A stretch of 64,000 nucleotides of DNA from Mobula hypostoma (lineage: Eukaryota), in contig NC_086098.1 in the NCBI RefSeq assembly GCF_963921235.1, forward strand, positions 154,504,001 to 154,568,000. Reading direction: 5' to 3'. Below, piece after piece: positions 1 through 12,820 of this stretch (the first letter of the stretch is position 1; every line of letters begins with the position of its first letter). The notes below the pieces were generated by a model. That model saw nothing but the letters and a program-made list of their open reading frames with translations. It did not search any database and was not told the DNA's origin. The translations under genes were made by a program, and so were the position numbers.

Positions 1-1314
1 ATTTCTTCTGTGATTTGTGTCACCAAAAGTGTAATATCGATGAACGTGCCTATAATCTCTCAGGATATTAAATCCTATTCCGATTTAAATACTCGCCGTC
101 AGTCTTCTCTGTGATATGTGGGTTCGGAGATTCAGGTGTGTTGCTGAAGGGTAGAGGAAGGAAGAGATTAGGACGAGATCGCTTCAGCAACTTTACCTAG
201 TACATTCCCTTAACATAGTTGTGAGCTTGCATGAAGACAAAATGTAAACCTGCATTGATGGCGCACTTTCCCAAAGCTCGTGAGTGCATTCAGCACCGCA
301 ATCGGGGGTGAGTTACAGACAATTGTCCCGGAGTTAGCAATGTGAAAACGAGATGATTATTTGTTTCGTCTACTTTTTATGATGGACAATTATAGGAGAG
401 AAAACTCCAGGTGTAAAAACAGATTATTTCTTGGAACTTAAATGTAGCATTGTCTAATTTGTTTAGAAGAAAATTTAGTTTTAAGAAAACTTTAGTTTTA
501 AGAAAACAATTGCTTTTATTCAGGTAGCGCCTGACATTCCGACTCTGGTTCCGTCCCCAGAAGCAGATCCCGAATGTGACGGGATTGCTGGATTTTTTGG
601 GAGGGGGGAGTGGAACTTGCTTGCCTCATTGGCGCGTGGGAATTAGTAAAATCTACCAGTTAAATAGTTCAAATAATCGAAATAGTTCGGTCAGTGATTG
701 TCCCGGTTTGATATTTGCAACTGTCAGCAACATTAGCGCCTAATGGGAGGCAAAAGCAAATTAATGATCGATTTAGCAACTTGAATTGACCCGAATTTTT
801 TGAGTTAAATATTACAATATACAGTCTTTCCATTCGGCACGCTTAGGCGTTTATTCAAAGTTCATATCTATTATTTGTTTCGACATGCATGTCGAAATGT
901 GAATGCGACAAAGAAGATACAATCTTAATACCCACAGTAAGTTCCTTATTCATTTCCATTGCTCGCTGACCTTCCCCCATCAATATTTATTCCGAATTCC
1001 ATTCGAAACTTGTATAAGGTAAAGAAAATGCATAAAATTGGAAACTCTACGGCCTCTTTGATTGACGGCGCGGTTAATTTTGAAATTCAAAGCATCTGAT
1101 TAGTCAACATTGTTTTCTTTGAGAAAGAAAGATTTGTTTTTGCTTTTTGTCTTGGTTATATTCTTTAAATACCCCCAGGCTATTGCATTTACAGTCACCT
1201 CGGCTTCTATCGCTATTCACGTTCAATAAATCGGGTTCCATTGGATAACAGTTTTCATACTGATACAGCGATGTCGGTCGTGTAATCAATAAAGAAAAAC
1301 TTTTTAGTAAAATT

Positions 1315-1450
1315 AAAGCTACTGGAGGAACTCAGCCTGTCAGGCAGCATGTGTCGAGGCAAATGGGTCCTAATGCACGACTGTCTCTTTGCTTCTACAG
1401 ATGCTGCCCGACCCGATGAATTCAGTCGGTTGGCAGTTCTTTTGCTTCAG
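1315..1450. mobile_element. Decayed hairpin-type Penelope/SINE-derived repeat in J-C intron (second copy ~26995-27135)
   Basis: ggaggaactcagc..caggcagcat ... gatgctgcccgacc arms resemble the Penelope terminal repeats at 40630-40758 and 62985-63110. Confidence 0.5.
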
Positions 1451-1552
1451 ATCACAGCATGTGCAATCTCTCGTAGATCCGAGGAAAGGCATTAATTTCA
1501 GATTACTCAATCAGTAATTGATTGGCAGCTATACATGTTTTTTTTATTTCAG

Positions 1553-1875
1553 ATCCACAACCCCCCGTGGTGTCCGTCCTCGGACCTTCGACAGAAGAAC
1601 TCAGGGGAAAGGGCACCGCCACCCTGGTGTGTTTGGTGAGTGGGTTTAATCCGGGCGCTGTGAATATCGAGTGGACTATGGATGGTAATACCAGAAAGAA
1701 TGGCGTTGAGACCAGCCGGATCCAGCAGGACACGGACAACACGTTCAGTGCGAGTAGTTACCTGACTCTGCCCGCCTCAGACTGGAACTCACACGAGCTT
1801 TTCTCCTGCGTGGTTAAACACGAGACTCAAGCAGCCCCACTTAAAGCAAACGTCATGAGATCCAGCTGTATCTAA
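1553..1875 (+). CDS. IGLC: Ig light chain (lambda/type II) constant exon, cluster A
   Basis: Acceptor tttcag ends at 1552; (D)PQPPVVSVLGPS..ATLVCLVSGFNPG..IEW..SSYLTL..WNSHELFSCVVKHE..RSSCI*; C1-set Cys/Trp/Cys plus penultimate Cys; resembles shark lambda C as I recall it. Its V lies upstream of the window. Confidence 0.95.
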
Positions 1876-2042
1876 TTCAAGCAATCTATGTACCGATTCA
1901 TTACATTTGAAAATAAGTGTCTCGTTTCGACGTTGCCTCTTTGATTTTGTTGGATACATTTTCGGTCATAGCAGATGAACAGTGATTGCTTGAATGCATT
2001 GTCTGTGGTATGCCAGTGTCATTTTACCAGTGGAGTAACGTA

Positions 2043-2122
2043 ATTAAATCTCTTATCTCCCATAGTGACCTATACTTGCGTACTAACAATAGTAATATTT
2101 TGAACATCTGAATATTAATAAA
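2043..2122 (+). terminator. Candidate polyadenylation signals of cluster A (ATTAAA 2043-2048, AATAAA 2117-2122)
   Basis: ATTAAA at 2043 aligns with AATAAA at 27726 in cluster B. Confidence 0.5.
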
Positions 2123-3160
2123 TTGATGATTACCAAAAATTTATATTTGTCCAGATGTGTTAGGGAATTTTGGTAGCGGATGGCTGTCCATGGTGGGAGA
2201 CTGTGAGCGTGAATTCAGTGGAAGAATGATTCCCCAGTGAAACCAAACGTCATTGATCTGAATCGTCAGTTCTGCGCTTACCACTAATGCCATCTCGCCT
2301 TTAAAATATTTCCACCCTTTTCTCTCTTTATTCCAGAATCAGGGCGACTGCAGTAATTTCCTAGCTGTTTGTTTCTTGAAAGGGTATTGGGTGAAGTGAA
2401 TAAGTCATACTCACAAATCCTCTCTGGAAAACACTGCAAAATGCACACCCCCAGTGTGCCCTCCATTAAAGCGCTTTACTATTTCTGTAAGCCTCCCGTA
2501 TTAGCAAACGATCATAAAGTATTAAATAGGAAATAAAAACTGAAAAATAATCTATTCATTTGGAGAGAATGCTGGATCCTGCGCCACAACAACTCGGATC
2601 TCTTACTTCTCTGAACTTATAAAAGCCGCGGAGCTGCGCAGTTACCAGTGCCCCGGTAGCGAGGTGTACAATACAATTGTTGGTAGAACTATGTCTGTCA
2701 CTTTGGGGCTTCCACGTTCATGTATGGATCCGGAAACACGTCGATAATAACCCGCCATCTCTGCCAAGATAATAATTGCGAAAGTCACATTGAACATGGA
2801 TAGATGCCGGTGTAGGAATTATTCTGCTCCTGCTGATTCTCCGACAACAAGTATCCAAAGCACTAACATTAACTCCTGAGTGCCGAAACCTAAGACAAAT
2901 GCCCACCTATGTCCAGTGTCTGACGGCCATCCCCAAAACACAACAACACTAAGTTCTAATTATTCCTGCAAATCTCTATCCATTGAATCGTGGCAAATGG
3001 AATATCTGGAGGCGTCCTGCCTTTAGGGGTAAAATTACTAGAACCAAAAGAGAGAAGGGCTGGAGAGAAAGGAAGTAAACAGCAAACCGAGATATAGGAA
3101 ATGTGACTAGGAAAGGTGTCATTCTGTAGGCAAACCTCTCTCTCTCTAGCTTCGTGTGTG

Positions 3161-3163
<3 letters not shown>

Positions 3164-3226
<63 letters not shown>

Positions 3227-3287
3227 TCGCTGTCTCTCTCTCTCAATCTAAAAACATATATAGCGAGAGAGAGAGAGAGAGAGAGAG
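3164..3287. repeat. Compound (CA)n/(GA)n microsatellite
   Basis: Direct reading. Confidence 0.95.
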
Positions 3288-3659
3288 TGGGGGGGGAATT
3301 CTTGCCTATACAAAAGATACTTTGAAATATTTAGGGTGACATTATGCAGACTTTCTGAGAAATTCATTTCCATTTTTTGGATGAAGTTAAGCTTTACATT
3401 GTAAATCTTTGCGTATATCTTGCGTTACATGCGATTACAAGTGCAGAGGCCGTTACTGTCTATCATATTGTCTGGTGTGTAAACCCTTTATCAATTAATT
3501 AGAAGGGTGGCATCATTTGCAAATAAGATCAAGGGATAATTTAGCTTAATATGAAGTTGACCACAAATATATTCCGTGGCTTTCTGATACTTCAGCCGCT
3601 ATAACAGCTACAACTGTTACATTATGCAGCAACTTGCACGGATTGGTCGGAGGAGTAAG

Positions 3660-5170
3660 GAGATCATCGATCAGAGTTAAAGGGAAGTAGTCACCCCTAA
3701 GTTGTAGGAGGCGGATAGCTGAGTGGCTGTCAGGAAAAGAAATGGGACAGTGAATAAGCAGTTAGCGCAGAGCACTCCTGTGGCCATTCCCCTCAATAAT
3801 AAGTCTAACGTTTTGGATACTGTTGTGGGGGATGACCTCCCAGAGGAATGCCACGAGTCCAGGTTACTACCACTGAGCATGGGTCTGTGGTGCAAAAGGG
3901 AGAGAGAGAGAGAAGAGGTGAGCGGTAGTGATAGTGCACTCAATTGTCAAAGGAACAGACAGGAGATTCTGTGCAAGTGAACGGAACATACGGATGCATG
4001 ATGGCAGGTGCCTGGGTCAGGGACGTCTTGGATCGCGTCCACAGCACTTTGGCGGGCAAAGGAGAGCAGGCAGATGTCTTGGTACATATTGGTACCGATG
4101 ACATAGGATGGAAAACCAAAGAGAGAATTTAGTTTGCTGGGCAGAAAGCTGAGAAGCAGGAACTCGATAGGAATGTCTGGATTGCTACGTGTGCCACGCG
4201 CCAGTGAGGGTAGAATCAGGGTTAAGTTGGCAGATAAATATGTGGCTGAGAAGCTGGTGCTGAGGGTAAGGCTTCAAGATTTGGACTATTGGGATCTCTT
4301 CTGGGGCACGTATGACCTGTACAAAACTGACAGATTGCACCTGAATCCGACGAGGACCAATATTCCGACGGACGAGTTTGATAGAGCTGTTTGGGAGGTT
4401 TAACCTAATTTGGCAGGGGGGTGGGAATCGGAGTGATGGGATTCAGAATAGGACGGATGGTAGAAAAGCAAAGTCAGCGTTCAGTCAGACCGTCGGGGGG
4501 GGGGGGGGCGGGGGGGGCAGGCAGGTTACAGGACAAAACTGCAGCCAGCAGGGGAATACCAGTGCACTCGGGATGCGGAACCAAAGAAGGTAGCCAAAGC
4601 TGTACACAAAGTGTTATATCTCATGCATGGAGTATAAAAAATAAAGTGGATGACCTTGTTGCACTTTTACAAATGGTCGGATATGAAGTTGCGGGCATCA
4701 CTGAATCGTGCCTGAAGGATGGTTGTAGTTGGGAGCTGAACGTTCTAGATTATACATTTATCGGAAGGATAGGAGTGGCAAAGGGGCTGCCGTGGATCTG
4801 ATGGTAAAGACTGACAACAAATTATGAGAAGGATGTGCCATAGAACAGGAAGAAGCTGAATCATTGTGTGTTGAGTTAAGAAACTGATAGGGTAAAAGGA
4901 ACTTGATGGTAGTGATATGCAGGCCTCCAAAGAGTAGCTAGGGTGTGGACAGCAAATTATAACGGGAAATAGAAAAGGCGTGTCAAAAGAGCGATGCTAT
5001 GATAGTCATGGGCGATTATACCATGCAGGTAGATTGGAAAAATCAGGATGGTAGTGGATCACAAGAGAGTAAGAAAGAGAATTTGTTGAATTTGTTTAAT
5101 GCCTACGAGATGGCTTATTAGAGCAGTTTGTCGTTGAGCCTACAGGTTTGGGTGTTATGCAATGAACCAG
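3660..5170 (+). mobile_element. CR1 LINE 5' fragment: ORF1 SGNH/GDSL esterase and start of ORF2 AP endonuclease, frameshifted
   Basis: VLVHIGTDDIG, DLYKTDRLHLN (esterase motifs); AWSIKNKVDDL..VAGITESCL (endonuclease). Confidence 0.85.
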
Positions 5171-5837
5171 AGGCTGTCTTCAGCTTCCCTTGTCAGCCAC
5201 GGTTGCCTAGTTCTGCCATCTGTGAACAACTTCTTCTGTAGAACATGTCTATCCTGCGCCTTATGAATTGTTCCCAGATACTTCAGCCACCTCGGTTCTG
5301 CCGTCACCCCAGCCACTATCCCTCTCCTATCCAGTGGGCAAGCTCCTCTCTCATTCCTCTGTAATTTATTTTTTTCTATTGCTGAGCTGATAACTTGCTC
5401 TGATAAGGAAATATATAGGGACATTTAATATTTAGTAATGGAAATATGAGACAATGGGTGGTTCAGGAATGAGATAAGATAAATATAAGGCTGTATCGAC
5501 TATATAATTGCTTGAAAGTATGTCCTCGCAGTTGTTCATAAAGTACGAGACAAAAGGCTAGGCTTCAAACTTGTCCCTGACTTTCTGAATAGGTGAAATT
5601 GCCTTAGGATCAGAGCAAGGAGAGACGTGCACCAGTACGCGGAGATGAGCAATGATGTGGGGATGGGATTATTTTTACCTCCGGGGATTCCTTACTGAGG
5701 ACACGTTATGTTATCCACGTTCATCGCCCACAGAAATTGTTTTCTTTGGATGTGGAAGAACCACTTTCTCTGGTCGAGGTTGACCAAGTAAAAAGCAGTG
5801 AAACGATGAGTGCGGCAGAACCCTGAATAGTTAAACC

Positions 5838-6050
5838 AAATGTAGCTTACACTGGTCTTATATTTCACACCCACACTCTCCATATACAGAAATGTAGTTT
5901 ACACTGGTCTTATATTTCACACCCACACTCTCCATATACAGAAATGTAGTTTACACTGGTCTTATATTTCACACCCACACTCTCCATATACAGAAATGTA
6001 GTTTACACTGGTCTTATATTTCACACCCACACTCTCCATATACAGAAATG
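5838..6050. repeat. Minisatellite, 4 x 52 bp
   Basis: Unit aaatgtagtttacactggtcttatatttcacacccacactctccatatacag starting at 5838, 5890, 5942, 5994; one substitution in copy 1. Confidence 0.97.
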
Positions 6051-6660
6051 CGTCGTGCACAGAAGAGGTACAGCAGATGCTGGAAACCCATGAAAATGCT
6101 GGAGGAACTCAGCACATCAGGCTGAAAAAGAGGCCATAGACTGAGATGTGAGAAGGGAATGCAGATAGGAATTAAAATTGTTTGCCACCGGGAAATCTCG
6201 CTTTTTGCGCAGGGAGCGGGGGTGGTGAACAAATTGCCCCTCCCCCCAATTTACATTGAGTATCACCAATGTAGATTGAGGCCGCTTCGGAAACACGGGA
6301 TACAGAAGCCGGCCCCAACAGATTCGCAGATGCAGAGTTGCCCCTGCGAGGAGGACTGTTCGGGGCTCTGAATAAAGGTGATGCTGGCAACTTCAGCAGA
6401 CTCTTTATTACAGAAAAAAATTAATATCGTTGATGAACAAAACTCCAGCTCCTGCATACTTCTCTTCGCCGAATCAATACACTGCATCAAACCGTTCTTG
6501 TTAACGTAGTAACCGCGTTTAACGAACGCTGCTCTGATCGTTTAATTAGCACGTTTATATATTGGCATGAATTTCACTTCGCCAGAAAATTGGCGTGGAC
6601 AAGTCTTGCTCACTCCCAGCCCACTGATATGTACAGTACGTATCTAAGCAGTGCATTGGC

Positions 6661-7270
6661 CTTCAACAACAGTGGGATTGACTTTAAGAGCCAAGATGTA
6701 ATGTTACAAATTTATAGGACCCTGGACAGACACCACTTGGAGTACTGTGGTCAGTTCTGGTCACCTCACTGCAGCAAGGATGTGGAAACTACAGAAAGGG
6801 TGCAGAGGAGATATACAAAGATGTTGCCTGCATCGGGGAGCATGCCTTATGAAAATAGTTTGAGTGAACTTGGCCTTTTCTCCTTGGAGCGACGCAGGAT
6901 GAGAGGTGACCTGATAGAGGTGTATAAGATAATGAGAAGCATTGATCGTGTGGATAGTCAGAGGTTTTTCCCCAGGGCTGAATTGGCTAACACGACAGGG
7001 CACAGTTTTAGGGTGCTTGGAAGTAGGTACAGAAGAGATGTCAGGGGCAAGTTTTTTTTTTACGCAGAGTGCTTGGAATGAACTGCCGGCGACAGTGGTG
7101 GAAGCGGATACGATAGGGTCTTTTAAGAGACTCCTGGATTGGTACATGGATCTGAGAGAAATAGAGGGGATGGGTAATCATAGGCAATTTCTAATGTAAG
7201 TACATGTTTGGCACAGCATTGTGGGCCGAAGGGCCTGAATTGTTCTGTGCATTTTCTATGTTTTTATGTT
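6661..7270 (+). mobile_element. CR1 LINE 3' fragment
   Basis: GIDFKSQDVMLQIYRTLDRHHLEYCGQFWSP..ERVQRRYTKMLP; 3' gggccgaagggcctg hairpin and tctatg-type tail. Confidence 0.9.
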
Positions 7271-7517
7271 AATGTGTTGCCCTGAGAACCAGGTTCGGAT
7301 ACGTTACGAGTGGCATGCCAGCTACGCAGGTGAGCAATTTACAGTTAAGTTCGGACTTATTGTCTGTGAACTCCTAATGCTGTCGTGCTCGTTGATATAT
7401 TGTAATCTTCAATGGCAAGTCTGTGAAAGGTCCTGAAATTTTCTCAGTAATGCAACCCCTCAAGAACGCTTGATGCTGTTGAATGTTTCTGACACGCAGA
7501 AGAACTTGAAATCTCTC

Positions 7518-8640
7518 ATAGACATAGAACATAGAATAGTACAGCACAGTGCAGGCCCTTCGGCCCACAATGTTGTGCCGACCCTCAAACCCTGCCTCCC
7601 ATATAAGCCCCCAACTTAGATTCCTCCATATACCTGTCTAGTAGTCTCTTAATCTTCACTAGTGTATCTGCCTCCACCACTGACTCAGGCAGTGCATTCC
7701 ACGCACCAACCACGCTCTGAGTAAACTTTCCTCTAATATCCCCCTTGAACTTCCCACCCCTTACCTTAAAGCCATGTCCTCTTGTATTGAGCAGTGGTGC
7801 GCTGGGGACGAGGCACTGGTTATCCACTCTATCTATTCCTCTTATTATCTTGTACACCTCCATCATGTCTCCTCTCATCCTCCTTCTCTCCAAAAAGTAA
7901 AGCCCTAGCTCCCTTAATCTCTGATCATAATGCATACTTTCTAAACCAGGCAGCATCCTGGTAAATCTCCTCTATACCCTTTCCAATGCTTCCACATCCT
8001 TCCTATAGTGAGGTGACCAGAACTGGTCACAATACTCCATATGAGGCCTAACCAGATTTTTATAGAGCTGCATCATTACTTCGCGACTCTTAAACTCTGT
8101 CCCTCGACTTATGAAAGCTAACACCCCATAAGCTTTCTTAACTACCCTATCCACCTGTGAGGCAACTTTCAGGGATCTGTGGACAAGTACTCCGAGATCC
8201 CTCTGCTCCTCCACTCTACCAAGTATCCTGCCATTTACTTTGTACTCTACCTTTGAGTTTGTCCTTCCAAAGTGTACCACCTCACACTTCTCCGGGTTGA
8301 ACTCCATCTGCCACTTCTCAGCCTACTTCTGCATCCTATCAATGTCTCTCTGCAATCTTTGACAATCCTCTGCACTATCTACAACACCACCAACCTTTGT
8401 GTCGTCTGCAAACTTGCCAACCCACCCTTCTAACCCCAAATCCAGGTCGTTAATAAAAATCACGAAAAGTAGAGGTCCCAGAACAGATCCTTGTGGGCAC
8501 CACTAGTCACAATCCTCCAATCTGAATGTACTCCCTCCACCACCACCCTCTGCCTTTTGCAGGCAAGCCAATTCTGAATCCACCTGGCCAAACTTCCCTG
8601 GATCCCATGCCTTCTAACTTTCTGAATAAGCCTACCATGA
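7518..8640 (-). mobile_element. CR1 LINE 3' fragment
   Basis: Minus ORFs KVASQVDRVVKKAYGVLAFISRG..LVRPHMEYCDQFWSP; reverse tail catagaacatagaa at ~7518-7536. Confidence 0.9.
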
Positions 8641-9074
8641 GAACTGAAAAGTAGAATAAAATTTAAAGGAATGCTATTGAGAAATTTAATTAGTGGCTAA
8701 TCAGCCTTTGTATATATTTTAAAGCTGTAAAATATGTTGAGTTAATGCAAAACTATTGAATATTGTTAGGCTGATCATTTTCCCCGCGCAACCGTGTCCC
8801 TTCATTCAGTTGTTCGCTCTTAATTAGGTTACCAGATTATCGGCCTCTGATGTTAATGATTTTATCCTTCACTGCTGGGTCTCACGTGAACTCGACATAG
8901 AATTTTATTTCTGAGGACTCTATGGAATTCTCTGAAGAGGGTCGCTGGTAAGTTCCAGTTATTCGCGTTTCGGTAGATTTCCAAAATTCAAGTCAGATGT
9001 TACTTGGTACACACAGACAGATTTTCATGGAACTCCCAATACAGCATCTGTGTTTTCCGGCATCTGCGACTTGA

Positions 9075-9088
9075 CCAGCAGATGGCAG
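9075..9088 (+). promoter_or_regulatory. CTCF-like motif CCAGCAGATGGCAG
   Basis: Full match to CCASYAGRKGGCRS in non-repeat spacer between clusters A and B; motif match only. Confidence 0.45.
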
Positions 9089-9339
9089 AAACGTATTACA
9101 TAAAACGTACATCAGTCAAAGTTAAAGTCCTCTCCTGAACCGCCCCGTTAAATAGTTGTGTATGCATTTTAGTGGTTAGGCAATTCTGCAATTAATAACA
9201 ACAAAGACTTATATTCCATCAGCAAGTAGACCAAAACACAGTTAATAACTATTTCGCTACTTCAGCAACAATATTAACAACGGAAGCTGTATTTAGGAAC
9301 AGAAGCTTTGTCGAAATATGAAGCCGAAACGGTAGGAAC

Positions 9340-10830
9340 CAGAACAGAATGTCATGCAGCAGTGGTCTCAGGAAACAGACTACATTCTACGTGAATGTTT
9401 TGAGTTGGTAAACTGGACAACGATCACAGACTCAGCCTCCAGTCTACATGAGGATGTCACTACCTTCACAGATTTTATCAGAAAGTGTGTTGAGGACTGT
9501 GTATTAGAGAGGACACCCAAATATTCCCAAACCGGAAACCACAGGTGAACCGGGAGATCCACTCTCTTCTGAAGTGTAGGCCTGCAACATTGTAATCCTG
9601 TAATCCTGACCCTATAAGAAATCAAACTGTAACTTCCATAAAGATGTTAAGAGACTATACCAGTCCACAGTCGAGTCTCGGTCCAGCTGTCAGCTATGAT
9701 AGTCCTTACAGATTTTAAAGGATTACACAACCAAATGGGCAGCATCGCCGAAAATAGCACAGCCTTTCCAGAAGAATTCCACAGATTCTATCCAGGCTTC
9801 ATGCTGAAGGGAGTGGGATGATGCATGATGCAAGTGAATCTACCGGCACGGTCGCGGACGTAAGATCAGGCTTCCGGAGGATGAACCCACGTGAAGCCTC
9901 TTGCCCGGGTGATCCTTCTGGCTGTGTACTTAGGTCCTGAGCGGATCAGACGGCAGAGGTATTTGCAGACATTTTAACCTCCTCCTCCTTTAAGAAGACC
10001 ACTGACACTCTGGTAGCAAAGGAAAGCACGATAAGGTGTCTTAACGACTACAACTCAGTAGCTGTAACATTTCCTAAGCAGTGCTTCATATAGCTGCTCA
10101 TGGCACGCATCAACCCCAGCTATCCAGATAAACTCGAACTGCTGCAATCTGACCAAGGCCGATACGGGTCGATGGAAGATGTATCCCCCTAAACCTATAT
10201 GTAACTCTGCAGCATTTGAAGAGTAAAGGCTATTGTTTATTGTATTGACTAAAGTCCTGCCTTCAATACTTATCAGTAAAACCCAGCGCACTGAAAATTA
10301 ATGCCTGCTTCTGCAATGGTATACTTGACTTTCTGACCAATAGACTGCAGTCATTAAGGAGAGGCCACAGACCTCCGCCACAATTATTCAAAACACTGGT
10401 ACGCCACAAGGTTGCGTCGTTAGCCCGTTATTCTCCTCCCTGGACACTCATGTCTGCGTTGCAGATCCTGCTCTAACTCTTATCTGCAAGTTTGCAGATG
10501 TTACCACTGTAATATGTCGCATTTCCAATAACGATCATTCGGAGTACATGAAGGAGCTAGAGAACTTACTGACATGATGCCGTAACCACACATTTTCCTT
10601 AATGTCAACAAAACCAAAGACCTTAAAAACACAAAAGAAAAAACGCTTCAGAGAGTGGAAGTCGCGGTACACATTTGAGAGGATAGCTTGAAGCTCCTGG
10701 GACTGAACTTCCCCAATTGCTTGCCCTGATCCAGCCACATTATGTCGCGGCAAAGAATACTCACCAGCCACAAACTCCCTATCTATTCTCTGCTACTTCA
10801 GATTTAGAATACAGACATGCAAACAGCAAT
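9340..10830 (+). mobile_element. Rex1/Babar LINE remnant
   Basis: QWSQETDYILRECFELVNW..FTDFIRKCVEDCV; downstream decayed RT-type DNA related to 44365-45170. Confidence 0.75.
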
Positions 10831-12497
10831 TAGATGCATCACAAGATTTTTTCTTCAAAAACGTCAGGAACGTAACGACAGTCAGGATGTTGTCAATGTC
10901 CTGTTTTTCTAGTGTGGCCTATATTTATTAATAATCGCAGAGTGTTGGCTAAACACTGGACCCTCTGTTAGCTGGGATCTTCGGTGGAGGGTGAAATCAT
11001 GCATGTAATTGGAATTTCATGCTGGAGAGTTTTGGCAAATATTCAGTCTTTATTATGTTAGCATTCTTTTTTTTCTTTTATACACAGTTTTCATGGAATT
11101 ACATCTCCCATCTCACCGAATTGTTGAGGTTTATGGAACGTGGATGGCAAACATCAGTGCATAAAATTTTACTTCTATGCATTAGCAGCCGCGTAACTGT
11201 TACTTCTAGTTATCCTCATTGACACATGCTATCCAGGTGCATTTGCCGATTGTTGGTCGAATTTTAGTGGAAATATTAGGAATGTAGAAACGGTAAGATT
11301 TTGTTGGAATATGTTATAGTCCAAAGGATCATAACGACACCTTGCTTAAATGAGATAATACTGTTTTCCATCCAAATCATTTAGCTCACGGCTAATGCCA
11401 GATAACAAAGATTATGTAGTACATAACTTTGTCAACGATGTATTAAATCAATGCATTTATGGCAGTCAAAGTTTTGTTTCCTCCACGTCATTTTCTGTAT
11501 GATCAGTCTTGGATCTGGCCAACTTTTAACATTATTGTGGTTCGCAGCGTAAATGTATAGATCGCTTCTTATGACAATCTTTCTTCCACATAGTATACTA
11601 TATGGAGTAATTCTGATTCATAAGCTGGGAGAATTTAATAGGTTTTAAGCAGTTAGTAGCTCTCCTGTCGGAACTTCGTCCATGGATTGAGACTTCAATG
11701 GGCCTGAAATTAGCGCCGATTCCTAATCGAGGCATTTCCTCACGAATATACAACCTTATACTCTCTGGAGGAACCATTTAAATGATTTTCAGGATGTCAG
11801 GGAATCCCTGCATAAAAATTATTATATCTCAGCTCATGGTATGTTAGCGTGATCAGTAAGTTGTAGATATACTAATCCAAATTTCACCTTCAACTGAAAT
11901 GGATTTTATCTTCAACTAAAAGCAGACGATTTCTATCCTTGCTCTTCATTCTTGTTAAACAAGAAAAAGCTTGCTGAATGACGTAGGAAGTTGCAAACTA
12001 CAGGACTATGTTCATTGCTTTCCTATGACTGCCAGGAACCTCTTCACAGAAATCCAGAACTTTTCCAGGGTCAGGTCAGTAAATCTTATCTTGAATGCAT
12101 GGTCAGACTGCTGTCTACAATGTTCTTCCTCTTCCCTCAAAGTCAATTTCTCAGGCTGAGCAGAAGATTCAGAGAAAGAGTCCCTCACCCAGTCATATAC
12201 TTGTGTTGAAAGGGAGGAAATATACTGCTCAATTTTCTTCTGCAGTTCTTCCAGGTGACTCCAGACTTTCTAATATTCTTCCTCACTCTCAAGCCCGAGC
12301 AGCAGTGGAAGTATTTCAAGATTTCTTTTTGCAGCATGATTGCTCCGAAGTCTCAGTTTTCTTTTAAATGCAAGATTCCTGTCACTTGAATTCAAAACAT
12401 TTTCTCCAGGGCCTTGTAGAGTCTTGTTCAGCTGGTTCATATGTTGAAACATGTCGGCTAAGTAGGTTACTTTCTGCAGCCATTCATCATCTTCAAA

Positions 12498-12820
12498 GTC
12501 AGAGACTGCTTCCCAGGGCTGAAATGGCTAGCACAAGAGGGTACAGTTTTAGGGTGTTTGGAAGTAGGTACAGAGGAGATATCAGGGGTAAGCTTTTTAC
12601 GCAGAGGGTGGTGAGTGCGTGGAATCGGCTGCCAGCGACGGTGGTGGAGGCGGATACTATAGGGTCTTTTAAGAGACGCCTGGACAGGTATATGGAGCTC
12701 AGAAAAATAGAGGGCTATGTGTAACCCGAGGTAATTTCTCAGGTAAGGACATGTTCGGCACAGCTTTGTGGGCCGAAATGCTCGTATTGTGCTGTAGGTT
12801 TGCTATGTTTCTATGTTTCT
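12498..12820 (+). mobile_element. CR1 3' fragment inserted into the hAT transposase
   Basis: Removing it restores the minus-strand reading NVAGSFEDDEWLQK; ends in ctatgtttctatgtttct. Confidence 0.9.

Larger units (their letters stand above)
1..3420 (+). repeat. Cluster A J-C intron/C/3' flank; paralogous to cluster B 25721-28385 and 30475-31077
   Basis: Collinear shared sequence, e.g. pos 1 atttcttctgtgatttgtgt vs ~25720 ttttctgtgatttgtgtt; 3299 ttcttgcctatacaaaagatactttgaaat recurs at ~30956. Confidence 0.9.

Noticed and set aside
2956-3339. ORFs rich in HT/ER/VC (also 40294-40739, 42072-42629)
   Set aside because: Translations of microsatellites.
4495-4520. Long G runs as G-quadruplex elements (also ~22014, ~22722, 38536)
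   Set aside because: Homopolymers of uncertain length within TEs or PPTs; no functional evidence.
5838-6050. CRISPR-like array
   Set aside because: Head-to-tail identical units with no unique spacers; vertebrate DNA; no cas genes.
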